NCBI RefSeq assembly: GCF_002310835.1
Contig: NZ_CP011041.1
Coordinates: 1,560,001-1,592,000 of the forward strand
From: Pseudoalteromonas tetraodonis
GTDB taxonomy: Bacteria; Pseudomonadota; Gammaproteobacteria; Enterobacterales; Alteromonadaceae
Direction: 5' to 3'
Length of the DNA stretch: 32,000 bases
Program-made: the position numbers and the translations under genes
Part shown: positions 15,991 to 25,939 of the stretch, one piece after another
Layout: every line of letters starts with the position of its first letter
Position numbering within the stretch: position 1 is the stretch's first letter
Notes under the pieces: generated by a model
What the model was told of the DNA's origin: nothing
What the model saw: the letters and a program-made list of their open reading frames with translations, nothing else
Databases searched by the model: none

Positions 15991-16623
15991 ATGAGTATTG
16001 AAAAAATCTTAGCATCGGCACCGGTAGTGCCAGTGGTGGTAATCGAAAAATTAGAAGATGCAGCACCACTTGCAAGAGCGTTATATAACGGTGGCCTAAA
16101 AGCACTTGAAATTACACTGCGTACACCCATTGCAGCTGAGGCTGTAAAACTAATGAAAGCAGAAGTGCCCGAAGCTTATGTTGGTACAGGTACTGTGGTT
16201 GATAAAGCAAGCTTTAACGCATCAGTAGAGGCGGGTGCTGACTTTATGGTAAGCCCAGGTGTTAGCGATGAGTTATTAGCGCTGGCAAAAGAGTCTACTA
16301 TCCCATTTTTACCCGGTGCAGCGACCCCAAGCGAAGTGATGAACTTAGCTGCTCATGGTTTTAAGTTCTTAAAGTTTTTTCCTGCAGAAGCTGCAGGCGG
16401 TGCTGCCATGCTTAAATCTATTGGCGGCCCATTACCTGATATTACTTTTTGTCCAACCGGTGGCATTAGTTTAGCAACCGCACCTGATTACTTAGCACTT
16501 AACAATGTTATTTGTGTAGGTGGTACCTGGATGTTAGATAAGCAACTTATTGAAAATAAAGACTGGCAAGCTATTGAAACGCTTGCTCGCCAAGCATGTG
16601 AAGTTAATAGGAGTCAAAAATGA
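15991..16623 (+). CDS. eda: KDPG / KHG aldolase
   Basis: ATG at 15991 has a GAGGAA RBS (the track's TTG at 15970 is less likely). [24 protein letters not shown] and FCPTGGI match E. coli Eda. Confidence 0.95.
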   Translation: MSIEKILASAPVVPVVVIEKLEDAAPLARALYNGGLKALEITLRTPIAAEAVKLMKAEVPEAYVGTGTVVDKASFNASVEAGADFMVSPGVSDELLALAKESTIPFLPGAATPSEVMNLAAHGFKFLKFFPAEAAGGAAMLKSIGGPLPDITFCPTGGISLATAPDYLALNNVICVGGTWMLDKQLIENKDWQAIETLARQACEVNRSQK

Positions 16624-17624
16624 TTAATGTAGCAATTAATGGCTACGGCCGAATTGGTCGTAATGTATTACGTGCACTGTATGAATCAGCGCAAAATAAT
16701 GAAATTAAAATTGTGGCTATTAACGATTTAGCCCCAGCCAATGTAAATGCTCATCTGACTCAGTTTGACTCAGTACATGGTCGTTTTTCACAGCAAGTAA
16801 CGCTTAAAGACAACACCATGTTAATTGGCGATGATGTGATCACCTTAACGCAAGAACGCGATCCTGCTAATTTACCGTGGAAAGCGTTAAACGTTGACAT
16901 AGTACTTGAATGTACAGGGTTATTTACGTCACGCGAAGCGGCTAATAAGCATATTGAAGCCGGTGCTAAAAAAGTAGTGGTATCGGCACCTGGTACAGAT
17001 ATGGATGCTACCGTAGTGCACGGTGTAAATAGCGATGTAATTAATGCCGATAGCAATATCATCTCAAACGCGTCGTGTACAACTAACTGTTTAGCGCCAG
17101 TAGCCAAAGCAATAAACGATACGGTAGGGATTGAACAAGGTAGCATGACTACTATTCATGCTTATACCAACGATCAGAACTTATCTGACGTATACCACCC
17201 AGATTTATACCGCGCGCGTAGTGCGACTCAATCTATGATCCCAACTAAAACGGGCGCTGCAAAAGCGGTTGGTTTAGTACTGCCTGAACTTGCCGGTAAA
17301 CTAGATGGCATGGCGGTACGTGTACCTACAATTAATGTGTCGTTAGTTGATTTAACGTTTATTGCTAAACGTGACACAAGCATTGAAGAAATTAACCAAG
17401 TGGTTAAAGCAGCCTCAGAAGGGCCAATGAAAGGTATTTTAGAGTACAACGAGCTGCCGCTTGTTTCTATCGACTTTAACCATAACCCAGCTTCATCTAT
17501 TTTTGATGCAACGCAAACGCGTGCTGATGGTAAATTAGTTAAAGTAATGGCGTGGTACGACAACGAATGGGGTTTCTCAAACCGCATGTTAGATCAAGTT
17601 AAAGCGCTGGGTGCCTATTTATAA
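16620..17624 (+). CDS. gap: Glyceraldehyde-3-phosphate dehydrogenase
   Basis: INGYGRIGR Rossmann motif, active site [12 protein letters not shown], and WYDNEWGFS. Its ATGA overlaps the eda stop, consistent with translational coupling. Confidence 0.95.
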   Translation: MINVAINGYGRIGRNVLRALYESAQNNEIKIVAINDLAPANVNAHLTQFDSVHGRFSQQVTLKDNTMLIGDDVITLTQERDPANLPWKALNVDIVLECTGLFTSREAANKHIEAGAKKVVVSAPGTDMDATVVHGVNSDVINADSNIISNASCTTNCLAPVAKAINDTVGIEQGSMTTIHAYTNDQNLSDVYHPDLYRARSATQSMIPTKTGAAKAVGLVLPELAGKLDGMAVRVPTINVSLVDLTFIAKRDTSIEEINQVVKAASEGPMKGILEYNELPLVSIDFNHNPASSIFDATQTRADGKLVKVMAWYDNEWGFSNRMLDQVKALGAYL

Positions 17625-17658
17625 ATTTTCCGTGTAGTTAATTTAGCTTTATCCAGCC

Positions 17659-17684
17659 AAGCCACGCATTGCGTGGCTTTTTTT
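17659..17684 (+). terminator. Rho-independent terminator after gap
   Basis: AAGCCACGC-att-GCGTGGCTT followed by a T-run. Confidence 0.85.
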
Positions 17685-17758
17685 GTGTTTTAGTTAGCCC
17701 AAAATTTGCTAGAATATGCGCACTAGAATAGGGACTGCATATTATATTAAGGAAAATA

Positions 17759-18883
17759 ATGCTAAAACACGTCACTAAAAAAATATTTCGCACCAGTCAC
17801 CTGCAAATTGGTGAGGGTAATATCAGCGGTTACATTGCTTGCTTTTTGGCGATATTAAGTTGCTTGGGAGTGCTTGCATTCCACTTCCCTGAATATTTAA
17901 CGACTCCAGAATTGCGTAAAAGTTATAGCGTCGAGTTTTTACGTCAACTTATGTTTGTTGCCCTTATTATTTCAGGAAGCCTGGGTTTACTTAATTTTGT
18001 ACGAAATACCAATAAGCGCTTGGGGGCGACTGCGTGGTTTTTTATTGTACTAGCAATTGGCTTTGGCGGCCCGAATGTTGAAGTGAATGACTTTGCCGAT
18101 AACACCCCATATATTGGCTTAGACTGGTTTATATTAGACTTATTAGGCTCAACCTTAATTTTTATTTTAATTGAAAAACTGCTTCCGCATCGAAAAGAGC
18201 AAAAAATACTGCGTAGTGAATGGCGCGGGGATTTAAACCATTTCTTTGTCAATCATCTAATAGTGGGCTTTGTATTACTGGTTACTAATCATTTTGTTCA
18301 TTATGGTTTTGGTTGGGCGGTGTCGAGCACATTACAAGGTTACATAGCGCAAATGCCGTTTATACTGCAGCTATTTTTAATTATTTTGGTGGCTGATTTA
18401 ATGCAGTATTGGACACATCGTGCGTATCACGAAGTCCCCTTTTTATGGCGATTTCATGGTGTGCACCACAGTGCCAAAGAAATGGACTGGTTAGCAGGCT
18501 CTCGTCAGCATATTTTAGAAATACTGGTTACCCGTAGTTTAGTGTTAACGCCTATATTTGTGCTGGGTTTTTCACAGCAAATTATTAGTTTGTACGTGAT
18601 TATTGTAGGCTTTCAAGCGGTATTTAATCACGCCAACGTAAATGTAAAATTTGGGTGGTTAAAGTATTTTATAGTTACACCGCAGTTTCATCATTGGCAT
18701 CACGCATCCGATAAAGCCGCAATTGATAGAAATTATGCAGCCCATTTTTCGTTTTTAGATTACTTGTTTGGCTCTGCAGTAAAAGGGCAAGCAGAGTGGC
18801 CTAAAGAATATGGGGTTGTGGGTGATTACATGCCTGTAGGTATGCTAAAGCAACAAATTTACCCGTTTAAAAAACAAAAATAG
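17759..18883 (+). CDS. Fatty acid hydroxylase / sterol desaturase-family membrane protein
   Basis: Histidine boxes HRAYHEV, HGVHHS and HHWHH. The N-terminal half has several additional TM helices. An AAGGAAA RBS is present. Confidence 0.85.
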   Translation: MLKHVTKKIFRTSHLQIGEGNISGYIACFLAILSCLGVLAFHFPEYLTTPELRKSYSVEFLRQLMFVALIISGSLGLLNFVRNTNKRLGATAWFFIVLAIGFGGPNVEVNDFADNTPYIGLDWFILDLLGSTLIFILIEKLLPHRKEQKILRSEWRGDLNHFFVNHLIVGFVLLVTNHFVHYGFGWAVSSTLQGYIAQMPFILQLFLIILVADLMQYWTHRAYHEVPFLWRFHGVHHSAKEMDWLAGSRQHILEILVTRSLVLTPIFVLGFSQQIISLYVIIVGFQAVFNHANVNVKFGWLKYFIVTPQFHHWHHASDKAAIDRNYAAHFSFLDYLFGSAVKGQAEWPKEYGVVGDYMPVGMLKQQIYPFKKQK

Positions 18884-18929
18884 TGTTCAATTTTAGCTTG
18901 TGGCCATAATATTAATGGCCGCATAACCA

Positions 18930-20207
18930 CTATAAAAAGTCAGCTAATGCGCTAAGTGTTGGCCGCTGTGTGATATTTTCGCTCATGCATTGCTGCGCAA
19001 TATGTTTTAAGTGCATGACTTCAGCGTTTTGCTCTTGGCAGGTTGTGAGTAAATCCTCGATTAAACACCCTAAAGCACGCACTTCTATTAACTGCATTTG
19101 TTGACGTTGATAGTCACTGAGCATAGTAAGATCAGTGGCCGCGCCAAAATCCCCAAACAGCACACGCGCGTGCGGGTCAACCATGGTATTGTGCGCATAT
19201 ATATCACCATGGCTTATATTGTGCTGGTGCAAGTGGGCCACAGTGCTAACCATTTGCTGCGCTATGGCATAAATTGCGTGGGTAGAGTAGTGGCAATCGC
19301 TTTCAAATGTATCTCTAGTACAGGTATCAAGGCTGGGCGGTAAGCCTAGATTTGTATAGCTTGTATCAATTAACTCCATCACTAAACCAAGCTGTTGCTG
19401 TTGTTCAATGTAAGCCAGTACTTTAATTAAGTTTGGATGCTCAAGCGCTTGCAAGCAACAATTAACTTCATCCAGCGGGTAACCATCGCTTGTAATAGTC
19501 CCTTTAAATAACTTAACAGCAACCGGCTCTTTATTCGTTGAATAAGCAAGATGGATAATCCCTGATGCGCCTTGGCCTATTACTTTACTGAGCGAGTAAT
19601 CTGCCAGTGGTTTATTGGCTAAATTTGATTGGGTAAGGCACTGTGATTTATTAAAGCAATTACCTGCAAATGCAAGCCAAGTCAGTTTTGGTAGTTCAAA
19701 TAGCCAATCATCAATTTGAGTTAACTGATTTGCAGAGAGCCTAACTAGTTCTAGGTTATGGCAGTTTGCCATGCTTATTGGTAGCTCACTGAGCTGATTA
19801 CCTGCCAATGCCAGCTTTTTAAGCGCAGTGTATTGGCCAAATGTTGCAGGCAGCTTAGCTATTTTATTATCTGTAAGAATAAGCCATTCAATCGTTTTAG
19901 GTAGGCAGTGATCTGCAAATTCAGTGATGTGATTACCTTTAAATGCAACCATTGTCAGAGCAGGGCACTTAGCGAGTATTTTAGGTATATGTTTAAACTG
20001 ATTAAACGATAAAAACAGTCGTTTTAATTTTGTTAGGCAGGCAAATTCATCAGGTAAATCAGATAAATTGTTATTAGATAAATCCAAGACTTCAAGGGTA
20101 TCCGCGAGGGTAAAAATTTCCTCTGGAAAGTGGCTTAGCGCTTCAACTAATTGTAGGTGTTTTGCACCAAGTAATTGGCCGCTGCGAAGTTGTGAAAGGG
20201 TATTCAA
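18930..20207 (-). CDS. Leucine-rich-repeat protein fused to a eukaryotic-like Ser/Thr protein kinase domain
   Basis: About 7 LRRs (LxxLxLxxNxLxxLP, e.g. LEVLDLSNNNLSDLPDEF, LKKLALAGNQLSELP). Then kinase motifs: GQGASG (G-loop), VAVKLF (Lys), HGDIYAHN (catalytic loop) and GDFGAA (DFG). No signal peptide or TM helix is visible. The only usable start is TTG at 20205-20207. Confidence 0.85.
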   Translation of the reverse strand: MNTLSQLRSGQLLGAKHLQLVEALSHFPEEIFTLADTLEVLDLSNNNLSDLPDEFACLTKLKRLFLSFNQFKHIPKILAKCPALTMVAFKGNHITEFADHCLPKTIEWLILTDNKIAKLPATFGQYTALKKLALAGNQLSELPISMANCHNLELVRLSANQLTQIDDWLFELPKLTWLAFAGNCFNKSQCLTQSNLANKPLADYSLSKVIGQGASGIIHLAYSTNKEPVAVKLFKGTITSDGYPLDEVNCCLQALEHPNLIKVLAYIEQQQQLGLVMELIDTSYTNLGLPPSLDTCTRDTFESDCHYSTHAIYAIAQQMVSTVAHLHQHNISHGDIYAHNTMVDPHARVLFGDFGAATDLTMLSDYQRQQMQLIEVRALGCLIEDLLTTCQEQNAEVMHLKHIAQQCMSENITQRPTLSALADFL

Positions 20208-20230
20208 AATTAATAATCCATTTTAAAATC

Positions 20231-20258
20231 AATAAAAAGGCCAACTAAGTTGGCCTTT
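20231..20258 (-). terminator. Rho-independent terminator after the YebC-family gene
   Basis: GGCCAAC-taa-GTTGGCC. On the minus strand it is followed by TTTTTATT. It lies only about 25 nt upstream of the LRR-kinase start. Confidence 0.75.
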
Positions 20259-20280
20259 AAACACGATTAAGCTTTAACGT

Positions 20281-20994
20281 TTAAAATTGTGCGTTGTGGT
20301 ACACGTTTTGTACGTCGTCACAATCTTCAAGCATGGCTAAAAAGCGTTCCATCACTTCTACATCTTCGCCTTCAATAGGGGCTTCTACTTGGGGTACAAA
20401 GGCAATTAAGTCTTCGTCAAATTCTGTCACACCCATTTCTTCAAGTGCGGTACGCGTATTGTTGTATTCAGTGTGTGGAGCAAATACCGTCACTTTACCA
20501 TTTTCTACTTCTACATCGGTTACATCAACGTCAGCCATCATTAGCGCTTCAAGTACGGTTTCATCGTCGTCACCGTCAAATACAAAAATAGCAAGGTGAT
20601 CAAATAAGTGTGATACCGAGTTTTGTGCGCCAATTTTAGCGTTTGCTTTAGTAAAACACACACGTACATCAGCAAAGGTACGTTTGTTGTTGTCGGTTAA
20701 ACAGTCAACAATAATCATGCAATTACCTGGGCCGTAACCTTCGTAGCGCGTAGCTGCATAGTCTTCACCGCCGCCGCCTTTGGCTTTATCAATGGCGCGT
20801 TCAATTACGTGAGCCGGTACTTGGTCTTTTTTAGCGCGTTCAATTAAACGACGCAGTGCTAGGTTACCGTCTGGATCAACACCGCCGTTTTTTGCACAAA
20901 TATAAATTTCTTTACCGTATTTTGAATAAACTTTAGTTTTAGCACCCGCAGTTTTAGCCATTGAATCTTTTTTGTTTTGGTAAGCTCTTCCCAT
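20281..20994 (-). CDS. YebC/PmpR-family transcriptional regulator (YeeN-like)
   Basis: MGRAYQNKK...[17 protein letters not shown]...RYEGYGP...DVQNVYHN aligns along its length with E. coli YeeN as recalled. Confidence 0.9.
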   Translation of the reverse strand: MGRAYQNKKDSMAKTAGAKTKVYSKYGKEIYICAKNGGVDPDGNLALRRLIERAKKDQVPAHVIERAIDKAKGGGGEDYAATRYEGYGPGNCMIIVDCLTDNNKRTFADVRVCFTKANAKIGAQNSVSHLFDHLAIFVFDGDDDETVLEALMMADVDVTDVEVENGKVTVFAPHTEYNNTRTALEEMGVTEFDEDLIAFVPQVEAPIEGEDVEVMERFLAMLEDCDDVQNVYHNAQF

Positions 20995-21127
20995 CTGCGT
21001 TTCGCCTTAATATGTATAAATAATTGAAAAAATTTGCAAGCCCATATTCTAAAGGTAAATGCCGGGCAGGGCTAGTAAGTATTGAGATTGATTACTAAGT
21101 AACGGGGGGAACAGTTATTATGAATGG

Positions 21128-21158
21128 AAAATAAAACAACCCGCCGAAGCGGGTTGTT
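21128..21158 (-). terminator. Rho-independent terminator after the M13 peptidase gene
   Basis: AACAACCCGC-cgaa-GCGGGTTGTT. On the minus strand it is followed by TTATTTT. Confidence 0.8.
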
Positions 21159-21192
21159 TATTCGTTACAAATGATGAACGTTTGTCAGGGGA

Positions 21193-23271
21193 TTACCAAA
21201 TACGAACACGTTCGTCTTCTGGTAAGTACAACTCATCACCTGGTTTTACATCAAATGCTTTGTACCATGCGTCGTGGTTACGAGGAGCTTGTGCTCTAAA
21301 GCGACCTGGCGCATGCGTACCGCCACGTAATTGATTTAACATGCTTTGCTCAGTACGTTTTTCTTTCCATACCTGTGCCCACGCTAAGAAGAAACGTTGA
21401 TCGCCGGTTACACCATCAATCACAGGGGCTTCTTTACCATTTAGGCTTAGTTTGTAGGCATGATAAGCCATGGCTAAACCACCTACATCACCAATATTTT
21501 CACCTAAGCTGTTGCGGCCATTTACAAAGTTACCTGGAATTGGCTCATATTTGCTGTACTGAGCCGCCAGTTTGTCGGCTTTAGCATCAAAAGCAGCACG
21601 GTCTTCGTCAGTCCACCAGTTACGTTGTATGCCGTTAGCATCTGATTTTGACCCTTGGTCATCAAAGCCATGGCCCATTTCGTGGCCAATCACGGCACCA
21701 ATACCACCGTAGTTTACCGCAGGATCTGCATTTGGATCGAAAAACGGCGGTTGTAAAATAGCGGCAGGGAATACAATTTCATTAAATGAGCTATTGTAAT
21801 AAGCATTTACACGTTGTGGTGTCATACCCCAGCGATTGCGGTCGGTTTTCTTAAGCTCTTTTTCAACGCTATCGGCTTGGAAAAACTCACGCATATTTTT
21901 TACATTAGCCATTAAATCATTTTTGCTAATGCTTAAGCCTTCGTAAGATTGCCATTCATCTGGGTAACCAATTTTTGGCACAAACGCCGCTAATTTTGCA
22001 CGCGCATTCACTTTTGTTTCTGCGCCCATCCAATCTAGGTTATCAATACGCTCGCCAAGGGCTGTGCGTAAGTTTTCAACCAGCTCAGACATTTGTTGCT
22101 TTGATGACTCAGGGAAATAACGTTCTACATAAATTTTACCAATCGCAAAGCCTAGTGAACTAGTGCCTGACATTTGGCTGATCGCACGTTTCCAGCGCGG
22201 ACGAGGCTCCTGCTGACCATTTAACTCTTTACCAAAGAAAGCAAAGCTGGTGTTAAATATGTCTTCTGACAACAGCCCAGCGTTACCATTAATTGCATGA
22301 TATGTTAGGTAGTCTTTCCATACGCTTATATCTTCGTTGTTGATTAAATCAATCATGGCCTTTACAGGTTCAGGCTGCGACACGTTTAGCTGCGGTACTT
22401 TGTAACCTGTTTGCGCAAAGTATAAATCCCAATTAAATCCAGGGTACTGAGTACTTAACTCGTCGCGTTTTATTTGGTTTAACGTTATGTCACGATTACG
22501 GCGTTTTTCACGTGGCCAATGACCTTCTGCAATTTTTGTCTCTAGCGCTAAAATTGCTTGTGCACGTTCAGTGGTATTTTCAACACCAGCAAATTTAAGC
22601 ATGTCGGCAATATGTGCAACATACGCTTCACGAGTTTTGACAAAACGCTCTGCATCTTCAAGGTAATATGAACGATCAGGTAAGCCTAAACCACCAGCAC
22701 CTAACGACATTTCGTATTTATTAGGATCTAAGCGGTTAAACCACATACCACCACCAATTGGGGCGCTAACACCAGTGAGCCATGAATTACCAAAGATTTT
22801 TGCTAAGTCATCAGTTGAGTCGACAGCGTTAATATCGTTAAGCAATGGCTTAATGGGAGTCACACCGAGCTTATTTAGCGTGTCGGTATCCATGTACGAA
22901 TTATAAAAATCAGCAACTAGTTGCTCTTCTGCATTTAAATTTTCACGTGCTGCAATATCTTCAATAATTTCTTTTACACGCTCTTCACTGCGTTCAGCTA
23001 ACGCAGAAAACGCACCATAGCGTGTTTTATCTGCTGGCATTTCGTAGTTGTCGTACCATGAACCGCTGGCATACATAAAAAAGTCATCGCCTGGTTTTAC
23101 AGCTTCATTGCGGGCAGTTAAATCAACCCCAAAAGTGCCTAATTCAGCTTGCTCAGTTGCTTGTGGTTTTTCAGCGACTGCTGCGACTTGCTCAGTTTTT
23201 GTAGTTTGTGGCTCTGAACAGCCGGTAATAAATGTAGCGGCGAGTGCCGCTGCAATTAAACTTTTTTTCAT
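21193..23271 (-). CDS. M13-family zinc metallopeptidase (PepO / endothelin-converting-enzyme-like), lipoprotein
   Basis: Lipobox FITGCSE, HEMGHGFD (HExxH) and GENIGDVGG (ENxADxGG-type). The C-terminal ...RVRIW is typical of M13. Confidence 0.9.
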   Translation of the reverse strand: MKKSLIAAALAATFITGCSEPQTTKTEQVAAVAEKPQATEQAELGTFGVDLTARNEAVKPGDDFFMYASGSWYDNYEMPADKTRYGAFSALAERSEERVKEIIEDIAARENLNAEEQLVADFYNSYMDTDTLNKLGVTPIKPLLNDINAVDSTDDLAKIFGNSWLTGVSAPIGGGMWFNRLDPNKYEMSLGAGGLGLPDRSYYLEDAERFVKTREAYVAHIADMLKFAGVENTTERAQAILALETKIAEGHWPREKRRNRDITLNQIKRDELSTQYPGFNWDLYFAQTGYKVPQLNVSQPEPVKAMIDLINNEDISVWKDYLTYHAINGNAGLLSEDIFNTSFAFFGKELNGQQEPRPRWKRAISQMSGTSSLGFAIGKIYVERYFPESSKQQMSELVENLRTALGERIDNLDWMGAETKVNARAKLAAFVPKIGYPDEWQSYEGLSISKNDLMANVKNMREFFQADSVEKELKKTDRNRWGMTPQRVNAYYNSSFNEIVFPAAILQPPFFDPNADPAVNYGGIGAVIGHEMGHGFDDQGSKSDANGIQRNWWTDEDRAAFDAKADKLAAQYSKYEPIPGNFVNGRNSLGENIGDVGGLAMAYHAYKLSLNGKEAPVIDGVTGDQRFFLAWAQVWKEKRTEQSMLNQLRGGTHAPGRFRAQAPRNHDAWYKAFDVKPGDELYLPEDERVRIW

Positions 23272-23466
23272 TACTTTCCCCTATGAATTCACGTTATTTA
23301 ATTCGTTATATTTTTGTTATAAAAATAGCTATTTGATTGTATTGATAACTTCACTTCAAACAAACCTTTTGAGGTGAATAACCGTACCGGTCGATAAGAT
23401 GAATAAAATACTATCAAAATAGCAAAAAAACACTCAACTACTTAAATCGTTCTTGAGCGGCTTAGT

Positions 23467-25257
23467 TTATTGCGCCTTTGACTGCTTTTGCTGTAATGCC
23501 CACATACGGGCATATTCACCGTTTTGATTTAGTAGTTCTTGGTGTTTGCCTTGTTCAATAATTTCACCAGCTTTTAAAACAATAATTGAGTCTGCGTCGG
23601 TTATGGTCGAAAGTCGGTGTGCAATAACAATACTGGTGTGATCATTTGCCACTTCACGCATTGCTTTTAAAATAGCTTGCTCTGCATGAGAGTCGAGCGC
23701 AGAGGTTGCTTCATCAAAGATTAAGATGGGTGATTGCTTTAAAATAGCACGGGCAATGGCAATCCGTTGTTTTTCACCCCCTGAGACTTTTAACCCACGC
23801 TCACCCACGAGGGTTTTATCGCCTTTGTCTAAGCTATTTATAAAGTCGGTTAAGTGCGCCATGTTAATTGCTTTATTTATTTCATCTTCAGTTGCTGAGG
23901 GTCTGCCATAGGCAATATTCTCACGGATGGTGCTATTAAACAGCACAGTATCTTGGGGGACTATCGCAATGGCTTTACGCAAGCTTGCAAGAGTAACTGT
24001 ATTAATTGCTTGTTTATCTATGCTAATAGTGCCTGATGACAGCTCATAAAAGCGATACAGTAATCGGGCTAATGAGCTTTTTCCTGCACCACTTGCACCC
24101 ACAATCGCGACTTTTGAGCCGGCAGCAACATTAAAGCTAATGCTTTTTAAAATAGGCCTTTTACTGTCGTAGTGAAAGCTTACTTTATCAAAGCTAATTT
24201 CACCTTGTTTAATGACCAATTCTTTAGCCTCATGAGCATCCGCCACTTTAGGTTGTGTATTAAGCAGGCCGAGCATGTTTTCAAGGTCGGTGAGGGCACG
24301 GCGTATTTCGCGATACACAAACCCTAAAAAGTTGAGCGGTAAAAAGAGTTGAATCATATACGCATTGATCATCACCAGTTCACCAATCGTTAACTCGCCC
24401 GTGACAACTTCGCTTGCGCCAAGCCACATTAATGCGGTTATTGCACAGGCAATTATGAGTGCTTGCCCTGAATTTAGCGCCAGTAACGAGAGTCTGTTTT
24501 TTAATCGTGCTTGTTCCCAGGTTGCTAAAAACGTATCGTAAGTTTTAGCTTCATACTCTTCGTTATTAAAGTATTTAACGGTTTCGTAATTTAATAAGCT
24601 GTCGATGGCGCTTGTGTTACTTTGGTTGTCGGCAGCATTTGACTCGCGAATAAAGCGGTTTCGCCATTGGGTAACTGCCACGGTAAAAAAGATATAAATA
24701 GCCACAGCAAGTAGGGTGATCAGCGCAAACCAAATAGAAAATAAGGTGCCAAAAATAATCGCCACGGTCATTATTTCAAACAACGTGGGCACAATATTAA
24801 ACATTAAAAAGCGCATTAAAAAGCTCAAACCACTGGTGCCGCGCTCTATGTCTCGACTTATACCGCCAGTTTGTCTGTCTAAATGAAAGGCTAAATCTAA
24901 CGAATGCAAATGTTTAAATACTTTAAGGCCAATATCACGCATGGCATGCTCGGTGACTCGAGAAAATACAGCATCGCGTACTTCACCTAAAAACACGCTG
25001 GCAAATCGCAGTGCGCCGTACATAACGAGTAATAAGGTTGGGACGAGCAGTAGCGGGTTAATTGATTTATCAACCGCATCAATTATTTCTTTTAAAGCCC
25101 ATGGCATGAGCAATGTCGCGCCTTTAGCACCGACTAGCGCTAATATGGCAATCAGCACACGACCTTTAAATTTAGTGATATAAGGCCAAAGAGTTTGAAT
25201 GCTTTGTTTTAAATTCATAGCGTCGGGGCGTTTTACTGAACTTTGTCTGGAGCGCAT
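23467..25257 (-). CDS. ABC exporter, fused permease/ATPase, ABCB/Atm1 (HMT1)-type
   Basis: Six-helix TMD followed by an NBD with Walker A GASGAGKSS, signature VSGGEKQRIAIARA and Walker B ILIFDEATSALD. The GGEKQR signature and LWPYI near the N-terminus resemble Atm1-type proteins. An alternative start is at 25218. Confidence 0.85.
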   Translation of the reverse strand: MRSRQSSVKRPDAMNLKQSIQTLWPYITKFKGRVLIAILALVGAKGATLLMPWALKEIIDAVDKSINPLLLVPTLLLVMYGALRFASVFLGEVRDAVFSRVTEHAMRDIGLKVFKHLHSLDLAFHLDRQTGGISRDIERGTSGLSFLMRFLMFNIVPTLFEIMTVAIIFGTLFSIWFALITLLAVAIYIFFTVAVTQWRNRFIRESNAADNQSNTSAIDSLLNYETVKYFNNEEYEAKTYDTFLATWEQARLKNRLSLLALNSGQALIIACAITALMWLGASEVVTGELTIGELVMINAYMIQLFLPLNFLGFVYREIRRALTDLENMLGLLNTQPKVADAHEAKELVIKQGEISFDKVSFHYDSKRPILKSISFNVAAGSKVAIVGASGAGKSSLARLLYRFYELSSGTISIDKQAINTVTLASLRKAIAIVPQDTVLFNSTIRENIAYGRPSATEDEINKAINMAHLTDFINSLDKGDKTLVGERGLKVSGGEKQRIAIARAILKQSPILIFDEATSALDSHAEQAILKAMREVANDHTSIVIAHRLSTITDADSIIVLKAGEIIEQGKHQELLNQNGEYARMWALQQKQSKAQ

Positions 25258-25369
25258 CGAGGATCTCAGTATTGTTTTTATATAAATGAAATAGCTTAAT
25301 GTTGGCTATTGTATTTTAATTAGCTGCCCTTATATACTAGCTATCCTTTATTTTAGTTTTAAATGACAG

Positions 25370-25831
25370 ATGTTAAAATTTCGCGTTTTTTTAGCTACTT
25401 GCTTGTTTTTTGCTGCACTCTTTAGTGTGCAAAGCCATGCTATGGGCGTAAAGCACGAATTAAACAGTAACCAAAGCAGTTATAGCCATGTTGTTAATGT
25501 CGAAAATTTAACTAACGCTCCCACACCGTTAAAATCGCTAGGTAATTTACAGCATAAAAACTCAAAGCATTCTGAGTTTGCTGCGCATCAACCTAGGCTA
25601 ACAGCCAATAACTCATTTTTATTTTTACACAGTGCGCAGGGCGATCCTGAATACGATGTAGTGCATGAGTTTTTTGCGCTAAATGGGTGTAGGCATATTT
25701 TTTTGCGACCGCAAGCAGTCACCATAAATCAGCCTTGGTATACTTGGGTTTTTAAAAGTAAAAAGTCGCGCTTGAGCGGCTGGAAAGATGCGAATCTGTT
25801 ATACACCGCTGTAACCACCTACCACGCTTAA
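25370..25831 (+). CDS. vemP: VemP-like secreted translation-arrest (secretion monitor) peptide
   Basis: It has a signal peptide (MLKFRVFLATCLFFAALFSVQSHA) and sits immediately upstream of secDF. The C-terminal SRLSGWKDANLLYTAVTTYHA* resembles the V. alginolyticus VemP arrest motif HRISGWKETNAMYVALNSQFSA* as I recall it. Confidence 0.7.
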   Translation: MLKFRVFLATCLFFAALFSVQSHAMGVKHELNSNQSSYSHVVNVENLTNAPTPLKSLGNLQHKNSKHSEFAAHQPRLTANNSFLFLHSAQGDPEYDVVHEFFALNGCRHIFLRPQAVTINQPWYTWVFKSKKSRLSGWKDANLLYTAVTTYHA

Positions 25832-25832
25832 A

Positions 25833-25935
25833 GTTCCTTAATTATCGTTAATTGGTTTTAACGCATCGCGTTTTGACCTTAATTTTAATTGTGCCTAATA
25901 GGTACGTTACTGAGCTATGCCTAGTAATAAGGAAC
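25833..25935 (+). promoter_or_regulatory. Anti-SD / SD long-range stem controlling secD translation
   Basis: GTTCCTTA-A-TTA (25833-25844) begins 2 nt after the stop of the monitor ORF. It is complementary to TAA-TAAGGAAC (25925-35), which contains the secD Shine-Dalgarno 4 nt before the ATG at 25940. Confidence 0.65.
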
Positions 25936-25939
25936 AACT

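Noticed and set aside
18900-18922. GTGGCCAT...ATGGCCGC hairpin between the convergent desaturase-family and LRR-kinase genes as a bidirectional terminator
   Set aside because: The stem is only 7 of 8 bp with no T-run on either strand. It is plausible but too weak to annotate.
19-25183. Numerous 60-160-aa track ORFs nested in or antisense to large genes (e.g. 19-225, 1337-1528, 3250-3432, 4249-4446, 7296-7484, 8650-8976, 12907-13119, 13502-13780, 14358-14576, 14799-15014, 15759-16130, 15902-16105, 16760-17146, 17228-17587, 17944-18252, 19098-19343, 20294-20599, 21375-21584, 21975-22163, 23048-23377, 23726-23911, 24941-25183; also 26751-27522, 28096-28296, 31675-31947)
   Set aside because: Each lies within or opposite a longer ORF with clear family motifs. 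They lack RBSs and have low-complexity or skewed composition typical of shadow ORFs.
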